Assembly (NCBI GenBank): GCA_010093605.1
Contig: MU004191.1
Coordinates: 1,038,816-1,102,815 of the forward strand
DNA from: Lophium mytilinum
Taxonomy: Eukaryota
Length of the DNA: 64,000 nucleotides
Direction of reading: 5' to 3'
Shown here: piece after piece, positions 25,504 through 39,030 of the stretch
How the letters are laid out: each line of letters opens with the position of its first letter
Position numbering within the stretch: position 1 is the first letter of the stretch
Position numbers and translations under genes: made by a program
Notes under the pieces: model-generated
Told to the model about the DNA's origin: nothing
Seen by the model: only the letters and a program-made list of their open reading frames with translations
Databases searched by the model: none

Positions 25504-28497
25504 CTACTGTGACTGCATATTGCCATTCGGCCCTATTCCAAATATCATCATTGGCCACGACGAAGTTTGCGCAGCTACTGACGATCCCTCTGCTGATGCT
25601 ACGCCTTCTTGACCTGAGGTCGGTGTCACCCCGTCGCGCCCTCCCAAGGCCATCAGCGTATTCGCAGTGTTGAGGTACTCCTGCGGTCGGCTGTAGTCGT
25701 GCGGCTCGATTGGAGTGACATTAGCACGTGTCCATTGCTGCCAAGCATCGTTGTGCGATGGGTAATGCTGTGGTGCAGTATTCGGTGTCGTGTTGTTTCC
25801 ATATATGAAGTTCTCCGGAGTTGGTGGCGGGTTCCCAGAAGCAGCCGACTGGATCGCAGCGACATGAGCTGCACTCATTCCAGGATCCGTAACACCGGCA
25901 TAGTTCGGTTGGTCGAACGAGTTGTTGTTGCCTTGATACGGTGCTAGCGTTGTTGCCGTTCCGTTGCTGTAGGGAAATACGGCCGATGCTCCTGGGTATA
26001 TATTCGTCGCAGAACCCATTGAGGGGTCCACCGAAGGCAGATAATTAGGGGTAGGCTTGGAGTCAGCGTCCCCAGGCGGAGCATTAGTGTATTGAGAATG
26101 GAAGTGTGCGGAGTTCTCGTATGCGTTGGGACCTGGGTTTGCCTGCTGCTGGGGGGTCTGACTGAGAGCTGCGCGTGCTACAGCTTCTGTGGTCCTCTTG
26201 GCCAGGTGTCCGTTGATATTCGCTAACGAATGCTCTACGATCTTAGAGATCGCGTTTCGAAGCTTTAGACCCGATCCTGGTGGAATTAGCGAATTGCCCG
26301 GTTATCAAAGGGTAAAGCCTTACCTAAAAGTTCACCACATTCGCCCATGGCGTCTAGCCAAAGGTCCATATCTTTCCTCAGCTCGTGCATATCAGCAGAG
26401 GTCATACTGTCCTTTCTCTGAGAATGAATGAATAATGTGGTGAATATTGCAGCAATATAAGTCGTGCAATTTATCCACACGATGTCCAAGCTCTTGAACC
26501 TCCGAAGCTCGTTGACATTGTGAAGCATTTTTTGAGATGCGTCCAAGCAGATGTCAAGGTTAGATTTCATGAACTCTGGACTAGATGAACGGCAAACGGC
26601 TGGATGATGGAGGAGAAGCGTGAACTCGAGTTCCCAGAATTCGAGATATCTTGAAAAGATGTAACTTTCCTGGTTAGCCTGTCGATCAGATAATTCAAGA
26701 GGTATTCCCTCTCGCCATCTGCGCAACGAAGCCTCCAGTGCTCGGACCGTCTCCTCGTACGAGTTCGGTGACGGTCTGACGGTGTACAACGTGCTGTACA
26801 TCTTGCTGTACATCGGTACCGTCTTGGCCGTTTGTACACCAACTTGGAAGGAGCACTTGTGGAAGTCGGTTTTCTGCTCTCCTTGAATACAGTCATCCAT
26901 GATCTCGGGAAATTCGACATCAATATCTTCCATCCTAATTGGCATAGGCCGGCCGAGCTTCCCGCTTAGACTGACATTTAGCGCATATAGGGTCCAGAAC
27001 ACACGCTTCCGCATTTCGACCTCAAGAATATCTTTCTTGGCGGCTGTGTCCGCCCATGCTTTGATTGATCGATGGAAACCAAGTTCGACGGCAACTGCGA
27101 AGGTCATCCAACACATTAGCCAAGCAGCACCCGGTTTGGGAAAGTTTCGAAGGTGTATGCAGATCAAGAGCATGGCCTGGACGTCCGGAAGAGAATGGTT
27201 CCGTAGGAGCGCACCAAAGAAGCTGAGGGAGTATCGGTAATGCTTATTGGACTCTGCAAACATGACTTCGTCGTGGTTACGTTTCGCTATTTGGTATTTG
27301 AGGATCGCGAGCATCATGTGGACCATGACAGTCTCTGCTGGAGAAGGAGTGAAGCCGGGCTCATGATATATGCGCCATATCTAATTCACGTGTGTTAGAT
27401 CGAGTGTGCATAACCGACCGGCATAGCTTACCAGCTGTGTAAAGGATGCCCTGTCCAGGGCCATCGTGTACGGGTTAAGTGATCTGAGGTACCAGGTCGC
27501 GTATTCATTTAGTTTATGATACTCGGGGAATTGGAGTGGCTCTACGTTTTGGTCATGTCCGAGAACAACACTCAGGAAATGCCCATAAGACTGGGGGGAG
27601 CTCTCGTAATCGGTCTCTCCGTCAACGAAATCGGTGATGTCGATTTCCGTGCCAAAGACGGAGAGCGAGGTTCCTTTGATGGGTGAAAGGAGCGAGTCTG
27701 CGGACGATATCCCGAGATAGTTGTCTCCAATAGCGGCAGACTTGAAGGCCGGGAGCATGGCTAGTATCTTGCTCTCCACCCCCTCAGAGGTCAGAGGTGC
27801 GTCTCCAGATGGCCTGTACGGGGCAAGAGGAGGCACACTTGCACTGGCCGGTGCTTGTTCCGTGGACCACATCTGGTCATTGTTCCCCGACGAGCTGGCC
27901 TCCGCCCATTGCAGCGTCTGTGACTGCATCGCCGCTGGCGTGTAACTATTATAGCCACTAAATGGCTTCGGCTCGACTCCCAGCTCCTTCAGTTGCGCTT
28001 GCAGCTCTGCGACATGGTTCCGGAGGCTGTTGACTTGGCTCTCGAGAGCTTCTGTATGACCTCGTGTTGTAGCTCGGCCCGTGATACGGTCAGTCGTCTT
28101 GCATGGCGTATTATTCTGCAAACATGGCGAGCAGCCTCCTGCTCGGCCGTCGCATCTGATCTTGCGGATCTGCACAACGGTTAGCACTGCTGCGGTGTTG
28201 ATCATATGTAGGCGATCCAGAGTGTCTGGGTCTATTCCTTGACGCTCCTTGCGTTTGCTTCATCGTTTGCGCAGAAACAAACATAAGGATAGTCGTGGGG
28301 AGAGGTTGTCTTCGTACCTTGCATCTGTCGCAAGCCTGGCCGGTGCGCGACGACGCGCTCAGCTTCTTCTTGACAGAATTGGAGAAGTCGGCAGACTCGG
28401 CGCGCGATTGTGTGAGTGGGCTGCCTGGCGATTGCTCGAGTTTGGGCAGCTTGTTGTCATGGAGGGCGTCGTGATCTAAGGCACGTTTTGGTGCCAT
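25504..28497 (-). CDS. Zn2Cys6 transcription factor with fungal-specific TF domain, ~915 aa, 4 exons
   Basis: Exons 28497-28318, 28169-27432, 27380-26324, 26276-25504. Contains ACDRCKIRKIRCDGRAGGCSPCLQNNTPC and EMRKRVFWTLYALNVSLSGKLGRP. Confidence 0.92.
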
Positions 28498-29180
28498 CCT
28501 CGAGGGTCAGCAACAGGTATCCTACAGGTGGAGATACCCGCGGGAAGTCCCTTGGAGGTGGATCTTGTGCTGCCAGAGGGAGCCGGGTCGCCAAAAGCCG
28601 CCGCACGGTCCGAGCTCGCTGAGACAAAACGCAGTCCTAGAGAAACACAGAGAGCACGACAGTCAAAAGAGTAGACGAGTTGCTAGGCCTGTGATTGTCT
28701 CGTATGGCGTAAGAAGAGCCTGTTTGGATCGCTGTCACGGGATTTCTGCGCTTCAGCGGCGCCGCCTTCTTTTCAGCCAATATTCCAAGGTTTGCGACTT
28801 GCCGAGAGCGGTAGCAATACTTTTGAGGCTGGAACTCCTTTTCGAGCACTGCTCGATGAATGCCAGATCACCACCCGCTAGTCTCAATACGAGCGTGCTT
28901 TTACACACTTCGGGGCTGATAAGACTGTTCGAGCCCGATTTCAGAGCTGGATCGAAAGTTGGTACACCTCACCAAGACGAGAGACGATATCGATTCGCTG
29001 CTGCGTCCTCAAACCTCTACCTAATCACGAGGTGCGTCAGGAACACCTGCAATGATCTAGCGAGCATGTGATCTGGCTAGGCACGGCCTAGAATACTATG
29101 AATCTGACGTCTTTCACTAGTTGCACAATAGCGAGATACGGGGCATTTCAATTCACTAAGCATTTATTCAAGCCATTAGA

Positions 29181-29957
29181 ATGGCGACCGTCGAAACACT
29201 CTACCTCCCCCATTACCCCTCCTATCCCATCTACATCTCACTCTTCAAGAACGTCTCAAACGCCAAGTTTCTTCGGCAACAACTCCTTGAAGCAAATGCC
29301 GCCTTCGAATATGCATTCCTCGACGGCACAATGGTAAGACTAGCTTTTAATCCTCTACATCTCCTGTCACGTGCTACAACTTCTCTCTATACTTCTCCTC
29401 TTCCACTTTCTAGTCTACGCCGTAAAGACTTGCAAAATATGATGAGCGAACCGTCCCCGCTCATATCCCCCTAGATCCTCTCCCCTCGCCACCTCCACGC
29501 CGCCACCTTCCGCGCTCTCAACGACTCCGTGTATAACCGCCTTAAGTCCCGCAATATCCACTCAGAGCTTGTTTTTTCTCTCTCCCCGAACAACAACATC
29601 GCAGACGCATACCGCCGCTTTGGGATTCAAGACAGCACCACCTCCCTGCTAGCGATTAAAATCCCGTTATCGAACCCCGAGATCACGGCCGAGAGCGTGT
29701 CGAAGCATCTGGGCGATGCGGTTGAGGGGGAGTCGGTGGCGTTTGGCGAGGAAGCGTTGAAGGGCGTGACGGATGTGAAGGCGTTGCGGAAGGTGTACAA
29801 GTTGGATAGTGGAGTTGGGGGCGGGGGCAGTGGGAAGAAGGGGAATAAGGCCAAGGAAGAGGTGGTGGTGAATGGGAATGGTGTTGGGAGTGGGAAGGAT
29901 GAGAGGGCTCAGATGGAGGGTGTGATTTTAGGAATGATGGCTTTGAAGGGTACGTAA
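29181..29957 (+). CDS. CGI121: KEOPS/EKC complex subunit Cgi121, 2 exons
   Basis: Exons 29181-29333 and 29475-29957. Motifs LFKNVSNAKFLRQQLL and RLKSRNIHSELVFSLSPNNNIADAYRRFGI, ending GMMALKGT. Confidence 0.92.
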
Positions 29958-30295
29958 AGAGGAGAGATATAGGCAGTATTTGATGTCTGGGGTGGGCGGT
30001 AGTAGATGATGTTGCAGGTGCCTTCCATGAATAGGACTACGAGGCTAGAAAATCTTTTGATACGAGAAGATGTGGAGCCCTTGAATATGGAATACCCGCT
30101 GGGTATCAATCCTGCGTAGTAGGGGCGACTGACGTCTGTATGGAGAGGCAAGCATACGATGCATCATGGTCAAGTTGATAGATAACTTCCATATTCCACT
30201 ATGCTACAATCTCACCCCCGCTTCAAAAACCAGATGCAAAGGCTTAAAGAAAATGTACAGTTTGCATCTCGAACCCCACTCTTCCAAATTCCCAA

Positions 30296-31196
30296 TCATA
30301 GAGTTCGGTATTCGGGTTTCACGAAGTCGGCAAAGGTCTTGGGTTCACCCTCGTAGTTGTGTGAGCCATCATCGTCTGCCACGTCGTGAGCAAAAATCAT
30401 ATTGGTACATCACGGAGGGGTTGCATACGGTGGTGTTCATGGTGTCCATCATCTTGAGGGCCCACGTAATCCATCTTGTAGACACCGCCGCACTCAGGGC
30501 AGCGTTCAACCGGTCGGTCGCGGGACATCTGACCGAGTTAGTGTTGCTTCCAACTAGCCTGCACTCCAAAAGTCATACCGTAAGCCATTGGACGACATGC
30601 GAGTCGGCCGGGTAGCCGGTGCAGCCGGCGTATTGCTCGTCACCGAACGACCTGACGACAATCGGGTTGTCAAGCGTGCCTTGATATTTTCCACAGTCAG
30701 CTGCCAGGTCTCATGCAGTGAGGAACCTAGGCCCTAGTAGCTAGTATATTTCGCACCTTTTCTCGACGAATCCAGCGGCTTCATGTCAAAGACATCGACA
30801 CCCTCCATCTTTCCCAGAATTTCGAATCGCTCGAGACCAGTAGCTTGCTCCAAATCCGTGGGGACGGTTCCAGGGGCAGCACCAGTCTTCGGGAGCAGGT
30901 CCTCCATGGTCTTAACATCTGCAAAGCCGGAAATGTCAGCCGTTCCAGCTCGGCCGCAATCATGCCCGGAATAGCATTATCAAGCCCCAATTGACGCACC
31001 CTCAAACTTCTTCGTGGTTGTGTTCACGCCGGTAGCGGGCTTGGAGTCGCCTATTGAAGAACGGGTAAGCGGGTGCAGTGGTTCGATCCTCCTGGAACTA
31101 CTCACGAACAACGAAAGAGCTGGTAAATGTGCGCTTGGCCAGGGCACCAGTGGCGGCGCGCCGGGCGACGGTGAAGGCGGAGCGTTGGAGGAACAT
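30296..31196 (-). CDS. COX4: Cytochrome c oxidase subunit 4 (fungal COX4, zinc-binding COX5B family), 6 exons
   Basis: Mitochondrial presequence MFLQRSAFTVARRAA, then PGTVPTDLEQATGLERFEILGKMEGVDVFDM, GCTGYPADSH and ERCPECG, joined by five GT-AG introns. Confidence 0.95.
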
Positions 31197-32003
31197 TGTA
31201 GACGCAATTGGGGTAGAGGGGAGAGTGGGCGTAACTAGAGTGGTAGCTGTGAGGTCTTGTTCTGAGGTTAACTGCGAATCGCATGATCCGAGATTGCGGC
31301 ATTTGCCGGGGGCTTGGCAGGGACTCTCCACCTGAACCAATCTCAGGCACCCTTTACAAACCGTCCATCTACACTATTTTGTTGCATCTACTATGTATGT
31401 ATCGATTAGGAATCATCGTATAACCGTTGCACGATCGGCTGCAAGTCCGTTTTGTCCCGCCATATAGTTAAGTCGACGACGCGCTGATTTCTCCGAACAT
31501 GTACCACGAAACTCATCATTATCTCTACACATGCGTTCAGCTATACATTTATCTCACTAGTGATTCAGAGCCCTTTGCCATTTCCTATTGAAGTTTTAAC
31601 TCATCGTGCTCTCCGTCCAACATACAGAAATCTACTCCTCCGGTCCACAGAACAATACATCCCGGCCCGATATTCAAATATCGAGTAGAATAGAAAAGGT
31701 CCAACCTGCACAAAAGCTCTGTGCTATCTTTCGATTGATCTTTCGTCACTGTTTTATAATTTGGGTAGGGACTAGACACGAAAGCTACAGTCCAGCCCCT
31801 ACGCTTCGTTTCGATAGCACAGCAACGAGAACAGGATCACTAACCATCCATTCTGAAGCGATCTCAAGCATGCGACCACTCGACTGGCCGTTGTAGCTGT
31901 AGCCATAGTAAAGGGTTCTCTGATGCCTCCTTTCAGCATGTGCCGTTACCCTACATCGCTGCATTGCATTAAACCCAACACAAGTCTCAAAAAACCAACC
32001 AAT

Positions 32004-34126
32004 CTACGTCACCGGTGTATCTGGCAAAGATTGGTAGCCCACCACAACACCTCTCTTCAACTGTATGTTGCTCTCCGTCGCAGTCGTCGTCGACGATCTG
32101 AAAAGATCACCATCTCCCACAAGTACTGGCACGTCGCCGTCCTTCCCCTCCCATGGCCCAATGCCCCTCGCCTCCAGCGCCTGCCTCTGCACCTGTAATA
32201 GCCCCTGCTGGACCCACTCGTCCTGCATGCTCGCAAACCTCCCCCATCCAATCCACAGCACTATCCTCGCAACGAACAAATCTAGCAAAATCAATAGGGA
32301 GCCCACTGCCAAGATGATCGCTAGTCCTACGACGCTAAAGCCGGCATGGTCTTTACTGATGACCTTTTGGTTCTGGCATAGGGCCCTCATGCCGTCGTCA
32401 GCAGGCGGCTCCATCTGGGAGGGACTCCGCAAGCCCGGCCGGATTTGAATGTCCGGCGGCGAGGCGTACTCGACAACGCTTCTTTGCAGCATCGCAAGCG
32501 AGATATTATGCATATTCGCGGCCTCGACCTCCCACTGATTGTCAGGGAGACTGGACGAATACGACGTAGCTCCCCAAAGATAGTCGTTGGCGAGCAGCAT
32601 ATTGCTCCCGAGCAACACCGTTGTCAATTGGAGTGTCATACTCCATGCAGATTTCCAAAGAAGGGTGAAAGTCGAGGCTTGGATTGGAGTTAGGTTGAGC
32701 GTTTTGGCCGCTTCAATGCGGACATCGTAAAGGCCCGTGAGAGGTGTGCATGTGGTGCGACGAGAGCAGAACTGGTATTGCTGCGTACAGCCTAAAAATG
32801 AGGCGACCTGGCTGGCAGTCTTGAATCCGGGTAGGTAGCTGTCGTTGGTGGCGCGAAAGAGCGGATCCGTAACATTGCCGAGGTAGACGGCCCTGTTGAT
32901 TATGGAAAGTATGGATACATCTGAGTCCGTGGAGTTGAGGTCCGAAATGGGAATGTAGTCGCTCGAGGAGGCGTTGCGCAAGTAGGAGTTGAACGAGCTA
33001 GGGGACGGTTAGAATCAGTGCTCTAATAGAGGAATAAAGGGTGGCTATATCAGTAGCTTGAAGACTTACCCTGTCGTGTAAGGCGGGGCAGCTAGATATT
33101 GCGAGTAGTTACTCACGGCCATTGTTACATTTTCGGGAAGGAACTGAGGTACATCTGGTCCGAAACGGTATGCCTTGTAGGTATCGCCAGGCAGGGTACC
33201 GTTAAACTCTGTCCAGCCTGACGAATAGCGTTGTTCAATCAGGATGGGCGCACAAGTGGTGACTCGGCGGATCTGGATAGAGTCTTCTTTACGAGCATTT
33301 AAGCCCATGTCGTCGTTCGAATCGACGAGCCCGGAGTCAAACTTCAGCGCAGGCATTTCACAAACGTCGGCCGCAAAAGGACAGGGAGCCCCTCGGGTGA
33401 TGGTGGAATTCAGGCGTGGTCGGACCATTGTTGAGCACAGAGACGCAAATCTTCCCGTTTGTTCATCGTAGCAGGTCCTGGCATAACTAGCGCTCTGAGT
33501 GTAGCTCCACCGACCAAGCACAGCTTGGGAATTCAACGTGGCTAGCTGAGACTCCGTGAACGAATCTTCGGGAGTGCTGATGGGATTGGGAACTGACTTC
33601 GGCCATCCGCAAACGTCACTGCGCACGAGAGCTTCATTGCCAGTAGTGACCACGCGAGACGAGAACAACCCAGCGAGGCCGAAGATGGCTAAGTGGACTA
33701 GGCAGACCAGAACAAGAGGTATTGACCGGGAAAATGTGTTGCGAGCATGCTTCCTCCATTGCCAGGCGGTCTTGGTAACCTCCCAGACGGCATTTGAGCT
33801 GCTAGCCGCGTTTCTCAGGAGAGCTTGTTGCTGGTGGTGGAGTCCGTCCTTCGCACGCGAACTTGATCGAAATTGATGTAAAGCGAAGCAGACTACTCGC
33901 CAGAAGAAGCCACCGGAAGCTTGCACGAATAGGGCAAGAAATGCAACGAGAATGAGGCCCTGTGTTGCGGGAAGTGTAATGGTCGCGCCGAGGTATTTGC
34001 CATTGCCTGGAAATTTCTTAGTAGCTGTGTGATGAAAGTGTATGCTTATCGGGCGCAGGGCGTGTAATCCAAATTCGACATACTCCAGTTAGTCCAAAAA
34101 CCGTTATGGATACCGCTGTCTACCAT
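32004..34126 (-). CDS. Uncharacterised fungal membrane protein, ~657 aa, 3 exons
   Basis: Exons 34126-34084, 34006-33070, 32997-32004 join in phase. N-terminal TM segments (LILVAFLALFV; LVLVCLVHLAIFGLAGLF), a Cys-containing N-glycosylatable loop (CPFAADVC, LGCTQQYQFC) and a C-terminal TM segment. Confidence 0.8.
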
Positions 34127-35318
34127 AGCTAGGAACGAGTCGAGTTTATTGGTAAAAGAAATCAAAGTTTAAATGGCAAGACCGTGGGGGATTTAAGGTT
34201 CCAAGGAGATCGGCAAGTGACTTCAGCCACATGAACAAAGTAGACCATTTTCAGCTCTTAGCTTTCAGCTTCTGTAGCTTGGCCAATCCCGCCTTCAATC
34301 AGCTACAAGCGTCGGGCTCTTGCCCGCGTAGGTATAGCTCTTTTATACATGCTGTAGTTAGTGTGCCGGGAGCCGCAAGGATAATGCGGTCCTGAATAGC
34401 TTTTTGCAAGGTTTGAGATCCTGTTACGCAAGTTTCTTTACAATCCCTTGGCAGACATGGTAAGGCAAATGAAAATCGCAGGGTATAGGGACAGGAAGTC
34501 AGTAAAGTACCCGGCGCTTGAGAGTGCACGGGTATTCTAATTCAATTAATGTTTTTTCCGGGACCAGCTGAGTCGTGGATTTTGGTGTGGACGGTGTTTA
34601 GTGCTAGCTCTAGGCATTGTAGCGCAGAAACCTTAACGGTGCACCGAAACCGGCCTTACGATAGGGATAGGGACCATAGCGTGCACAAAGGGGCTCTGCG
34701 TAAATCAGCTATGGCCTGATGTGCGTAGCACCAAGCCTCTCGGCTTCCTAACGTCAAAACTACTGTAAAATCACCGATCACCGATCGCTGATCGTAAAGC
34801 TATGCTTACAACATTGCGAACTTCCACAAGTAATATTGACTTTGACTTTTATAAGATTTAAGGGCGAAGGAGGCGCAACTGAGAAGGAGATACTAGCGTT
34901 TTCTTTTTCGCATGCCGCTGTATAGCTTCAAGAACGAAGATGCAACTTTTCGTTGTCTTGCGGTGTGCGTAATTGTGCATTCAACGTCGGCCCGTTTGAG
35001 GCTTTAGATTAATTACATAGTAGGGGCCCTGCTGAACGGAGACGCCGGCTCCGCGCTAATGCACCAACTTTCTTAGGTAAGTCCACTACAACACATGGGG
35101 CCAGTTTTGGGGCCGTGGACAGGAGACTCACCCAACTACAAGTTTTTCCAGAGCCAAGTCGCGGTTTTGGAGCCAATGTGAGGCCGTCATTGCTAGCGCG
35201 CCACACCTTAAATTGCACCAAAACTAACCTACAGGGACATATATATATAGTAACTCGGTATACATAGCGATCGAGCTTGGGATCGGGGACATGGGTATTA
35301 TCACCCAGAAATTCCCGC

Positions 35319-36415
35319 TCACAGCCCTATAGGTTTGGTCTCTGACTTAAGAAGTAGTCCATCAAGGAACAACATATTGTAGCTTCCTGCACTGTCGTCA
35401 GAAATTGGAGTAGACGGGGCTGCATTAGCAAGCCGCTTTGTGAACCCTCGGGAGAGTAGTAGACCCATAACTCTAGATGTCTCAATGGCCTTTTTGGTCT
35501 CTTGAGTCAAACTTTTGCCAATCTCATTGCTAAGGGGTCCCAGAAGCTCACTTGCAAGTCCTCGTAATCGTCGTAGCGTTTCCATCCTTGCTGGAGGTGG
35601 AGGGAGCCAGTAAATACCTCAAGGGAATGAAGATTTTGACCAAGTGGGCAAGTCTCTGCTTCGGCCTAGTCAATGACGTCGGTGAGGTGGCAAGTCTATC
35701 ATTGACGAGAATGTTTGACGTGCCGAAGTCACGATGAAGCAGGACCATAGGAAGAGAGAGAAGTGAGTCCAAGTGCTCAAGCACAGTCCGGATGATAACA
35801 TGGAATCGTTCTGGTAGCGCGGTGAGCAGGAGCTGTCGGTCGCTATTGTACTTTTGGGCCAGCATTCCGCGGTACTCCGACGAGACTTCCTGCGGGGCGT
35901 TCCATGAGCGGACCATGAATCTATCAGCAAACGGTTAGCAGGCTCCTGGCTTGCAATGAGCACATACCGAGCGATGTCCGTCGTGAGGTTCTTCCGTGCA
36001 ACGAGACTTGATTCTGAATTTTGCGGATAGCCATATTCGAGAATGAAGTCTAGATGCCTAAGACCTCTCGTCCGATCTATGACATAGACTAGCAGCGATC
36101 CCTTTCCTGTCTCGTCTCCTTCTGATCCAAGTTCGCCATAGGATTTGACAATTGGCGACAGAGACCGTATACTTCCGTGGCCAAAGTCGCCGTCTTGGTA
36201 TCTAGCTTCAGAGAATTAAGCCGGAATTGAACAACGTACTTGAGTTGAGGCCCAGCGTAGACCGTATAGCTACAGACTCCCTGCACTTCAACGGGCACGA
36301 CTTTTCCACCTACGAGTTTCAGTGCTTTGTTATCGCAGGAAGCGCGGGTTGCACATGTCTGGTTGAAGAACTCCGCAATGGCAGCATCTCGGGAGTATTC
36401 CTCGAAATCAGACAT
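35319..36415 (-). pseudogene. Aminoglycoside-phosphotransferase/choline-kinase-like (APH family) pseudogene
   Basis: Collinear fragments QGVCSYTVYAG, VVQFRL, LPMVLLHRDFGTSNILV and VID*AEAE lie in different frames. TAG replaces the expected Trp at 35666-35668. Frameshifts near 36150, 35695 and 35570. A residual intron remains at 35967-35921. Confidence 0.8.
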
Positions 36416-36722
36416 GTGGGTAGAAGGGACAAGGCTAGACTTGAGTCGATGAGAAATCGATGTTAGCGTGGTGAGGTCGTAGTGATCGCCGTAGATTAGC
36501 CTATGTTTACTATCAGGATTGAGGTACTTATAATCTGGAAAGTAGCGTTCCTGTGTACCCTTGTGATGTGTAGGTGTTTTGGACGATGTTGTGCATAAAC
36601 GCGGTCTTAGTCACCAATGCGTGCACAACTCTCCGAACCTCGGCCTAGGTCAATATCAGAAGGCAAAGCATCTCCATCCACGACATCAGCAATGCGCGAC
36701 TGCGACCGACGTAAACGCCAGT

Positions 36723-38209
36723 ATGGAGTTCATGTCGAGTCTGCAGAATGGCCTCGACGAGCTGAAGCCATCCTTGTTTGGTGAGCAGCCCCTCTACTCC
36801 TAACAGCTCGTTGATATCCCCAACGCCCCTCTCTCTTCAATATCTAACATTGCATCTTTCTAGAACTTCTATCCGAACAACAACTATCCTCCCTCTTACC
36901 TCCCTCTCTGCGATACCTACTGACCGTCGCCACTCTCCAGTATCCCCGGTACCTCCTCCGCGTCGCGAACTCCTTCGATGAGGTATACGCGGTGCTCATG
37001 CTCCTGGTGGAGCGACACTTCCTCCGAACATATGGTGGCGGATTCACCGAGAACTTCTACGGATTAAAACGCGAACGTGTGCTACGGACCAAAGGTGGGG
37101 AGGTCCCACGAGCACAACTCGGCGCCCCGAGCGATGTGCGCGAGACACTGAAGCTCCGCGACAGCGATGTCTGGCGGAACCTGGCCGTGATGGTGGGCCT
37201 ACCGTATCTAAAACGAAAGCTGGACGAAAGCTACGACGTCCATGCCGCGCATGCGAACGTGTTAGGCCCAACTTTCAACCGCGATCGCGACACATTACCG
37301 CCTGGGGCCAGCATAAAGCAACGGCTGATATTCTACTATAAGTGGTTCCTACGGCACATCTACCCGAGCGTGAATGCGGCGTACTACTTCTCGATGTTGG
37401 CATTTAATCTGGCGTATTTGTTCGACGGGTCGAAATACCATTCACCATTCATGTGGTTGATCGGGACTCGCGTACGGAGACTGGGAGCAGCAGACTACCA
37501 CGCCATTGAACTGGCTACAACTCCAAAACCACCGCCAACCCGGCCCGGCCGGATACCAGGCGAGGGATCATCGATATTCAATCCTCGAACACTTGGTCGG
37601 ACCGTATACCCACGCCTCCTCTCATCCCTACGCATCCTCCTTCCCACATCCATCTTCGCGCTTAAGTTCCTAGAGTGGTGGCACGCGTCAGACTTTGCGC
37701 GGCAGCTTTCCCAGAAAGCAGCTGAGAGCCTAGATTTACCGCCGCCAGTCATATCAGGCCTTACATCTACCACTTTCTCGAAGAAGAAACAGCAAAAGCC
37801 GCAATCACGGCCGGCGTCAGACAACGAGAAAGCCTCCACGCAAAAAAACAAACCTTCCCCCCCTATTGCCGCATCTTCCCTTCTTCCAATCCTTACCGTT
37901 CCGACACCACCATCCTCATCTCTGTGCCCGATTTGTGTGGGTCCTATTGTTACTCCTACTGCCGCGCCGACCGGCTACGTCTACTGCTACACCTGTATTC
38001 ATCGCTGGGTAGAAGGGACTCACGAGCGCCAAACAGCTTTCATGGAGGGTTCGAAGTTCGAAGGGGTCGACAGCAGTATGGAGGAAGAGGGCTGGGCAGC
38101 TGAGGAGGGCAGTCGAGAAGGGAGGTGGGAGAGCGGAAAGGGAAGGTGTGCGGTGTCGGGGAGAGTAGTCCTCGGAGGGACGGAAAGTTTAAGGCGAGTG
38201 ATCATTTGA
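36723..38209 (+). CDS. PEX12: Peroxin-12 (RING-finger peroxisomal ubiquitin ligase subunit), 2 exons
   Basis: Exons 36723-36780 and 36864-38209. Motifs [36 protein letters not shown] and [24 protein letters not shown]. Confidence 0.95.
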
Positions 38210-39030
38210 GCGGATAGATGGGCGCGAAGAGCCGTTGGAAAGCGTTTGAGCATTAGTCGCGAGTGTTGTATGATGTATGATAGGCTTGCTGTTTCTAAAT
38301 GATATCCAGAGAAAACTCTCTTAGACTCTCTCAGACTTAATGTGCATATTCGCAGGGGCCCTGAACCATTCAGTGTAGGCGTAACACAGTGGACCTCAAG
38401 AGACTTTGGCGCCATTAAGATCAGCTTATGTGTATTGCAAAGCACAGCCGTTGCTGATTTTAGGCAATTAGGCGCGTTAATGTGATATTCCAGTATGCCC
38501 TTGTATCGTTTGCTTATCGTCCTCGAGAAGGATTAAATAGTGAGTGGATTGAGCAAAAACTACAATCAGAGGCGTAACCAAATACAGTTAGACTGCCTCT
38601 TTACGCGTGAAAGCTACCCTTCCTGCATGATGCGAGTGGGGACAAGTGCAAAAGAAACGAAAATAGGCCAGACCCTCTCCCCACAGCTGTCAGACCCGTC
38701 AACCACACTCGTGTATCCCGCGCCGTCAGTGGCCGGAGATTGTAACCACGCTGCTAATTCGCCGTGACCCGTGGATGACGGTACAACTTTGGCGACCTCG
38801 GGTCCTAAGCCCCGCCTCGCGGGCTGAGTGCCTTGATGGCTTTCTTTATCATAAGATATTCGTCACCCCGTCACTATTGTCCTCATATATCCTCACAACC
38901 TCCATTGCGCCTGGCCATACGCAAATCGGTGTCAAAGCAATGCTCCATTTTGTCTACTTCATCCTCGTCGACTCCAACTCTATCATTCTAAACGACAAGT
39001 GAAAGCCGGCCACCATACTCCAGTTTCTGG

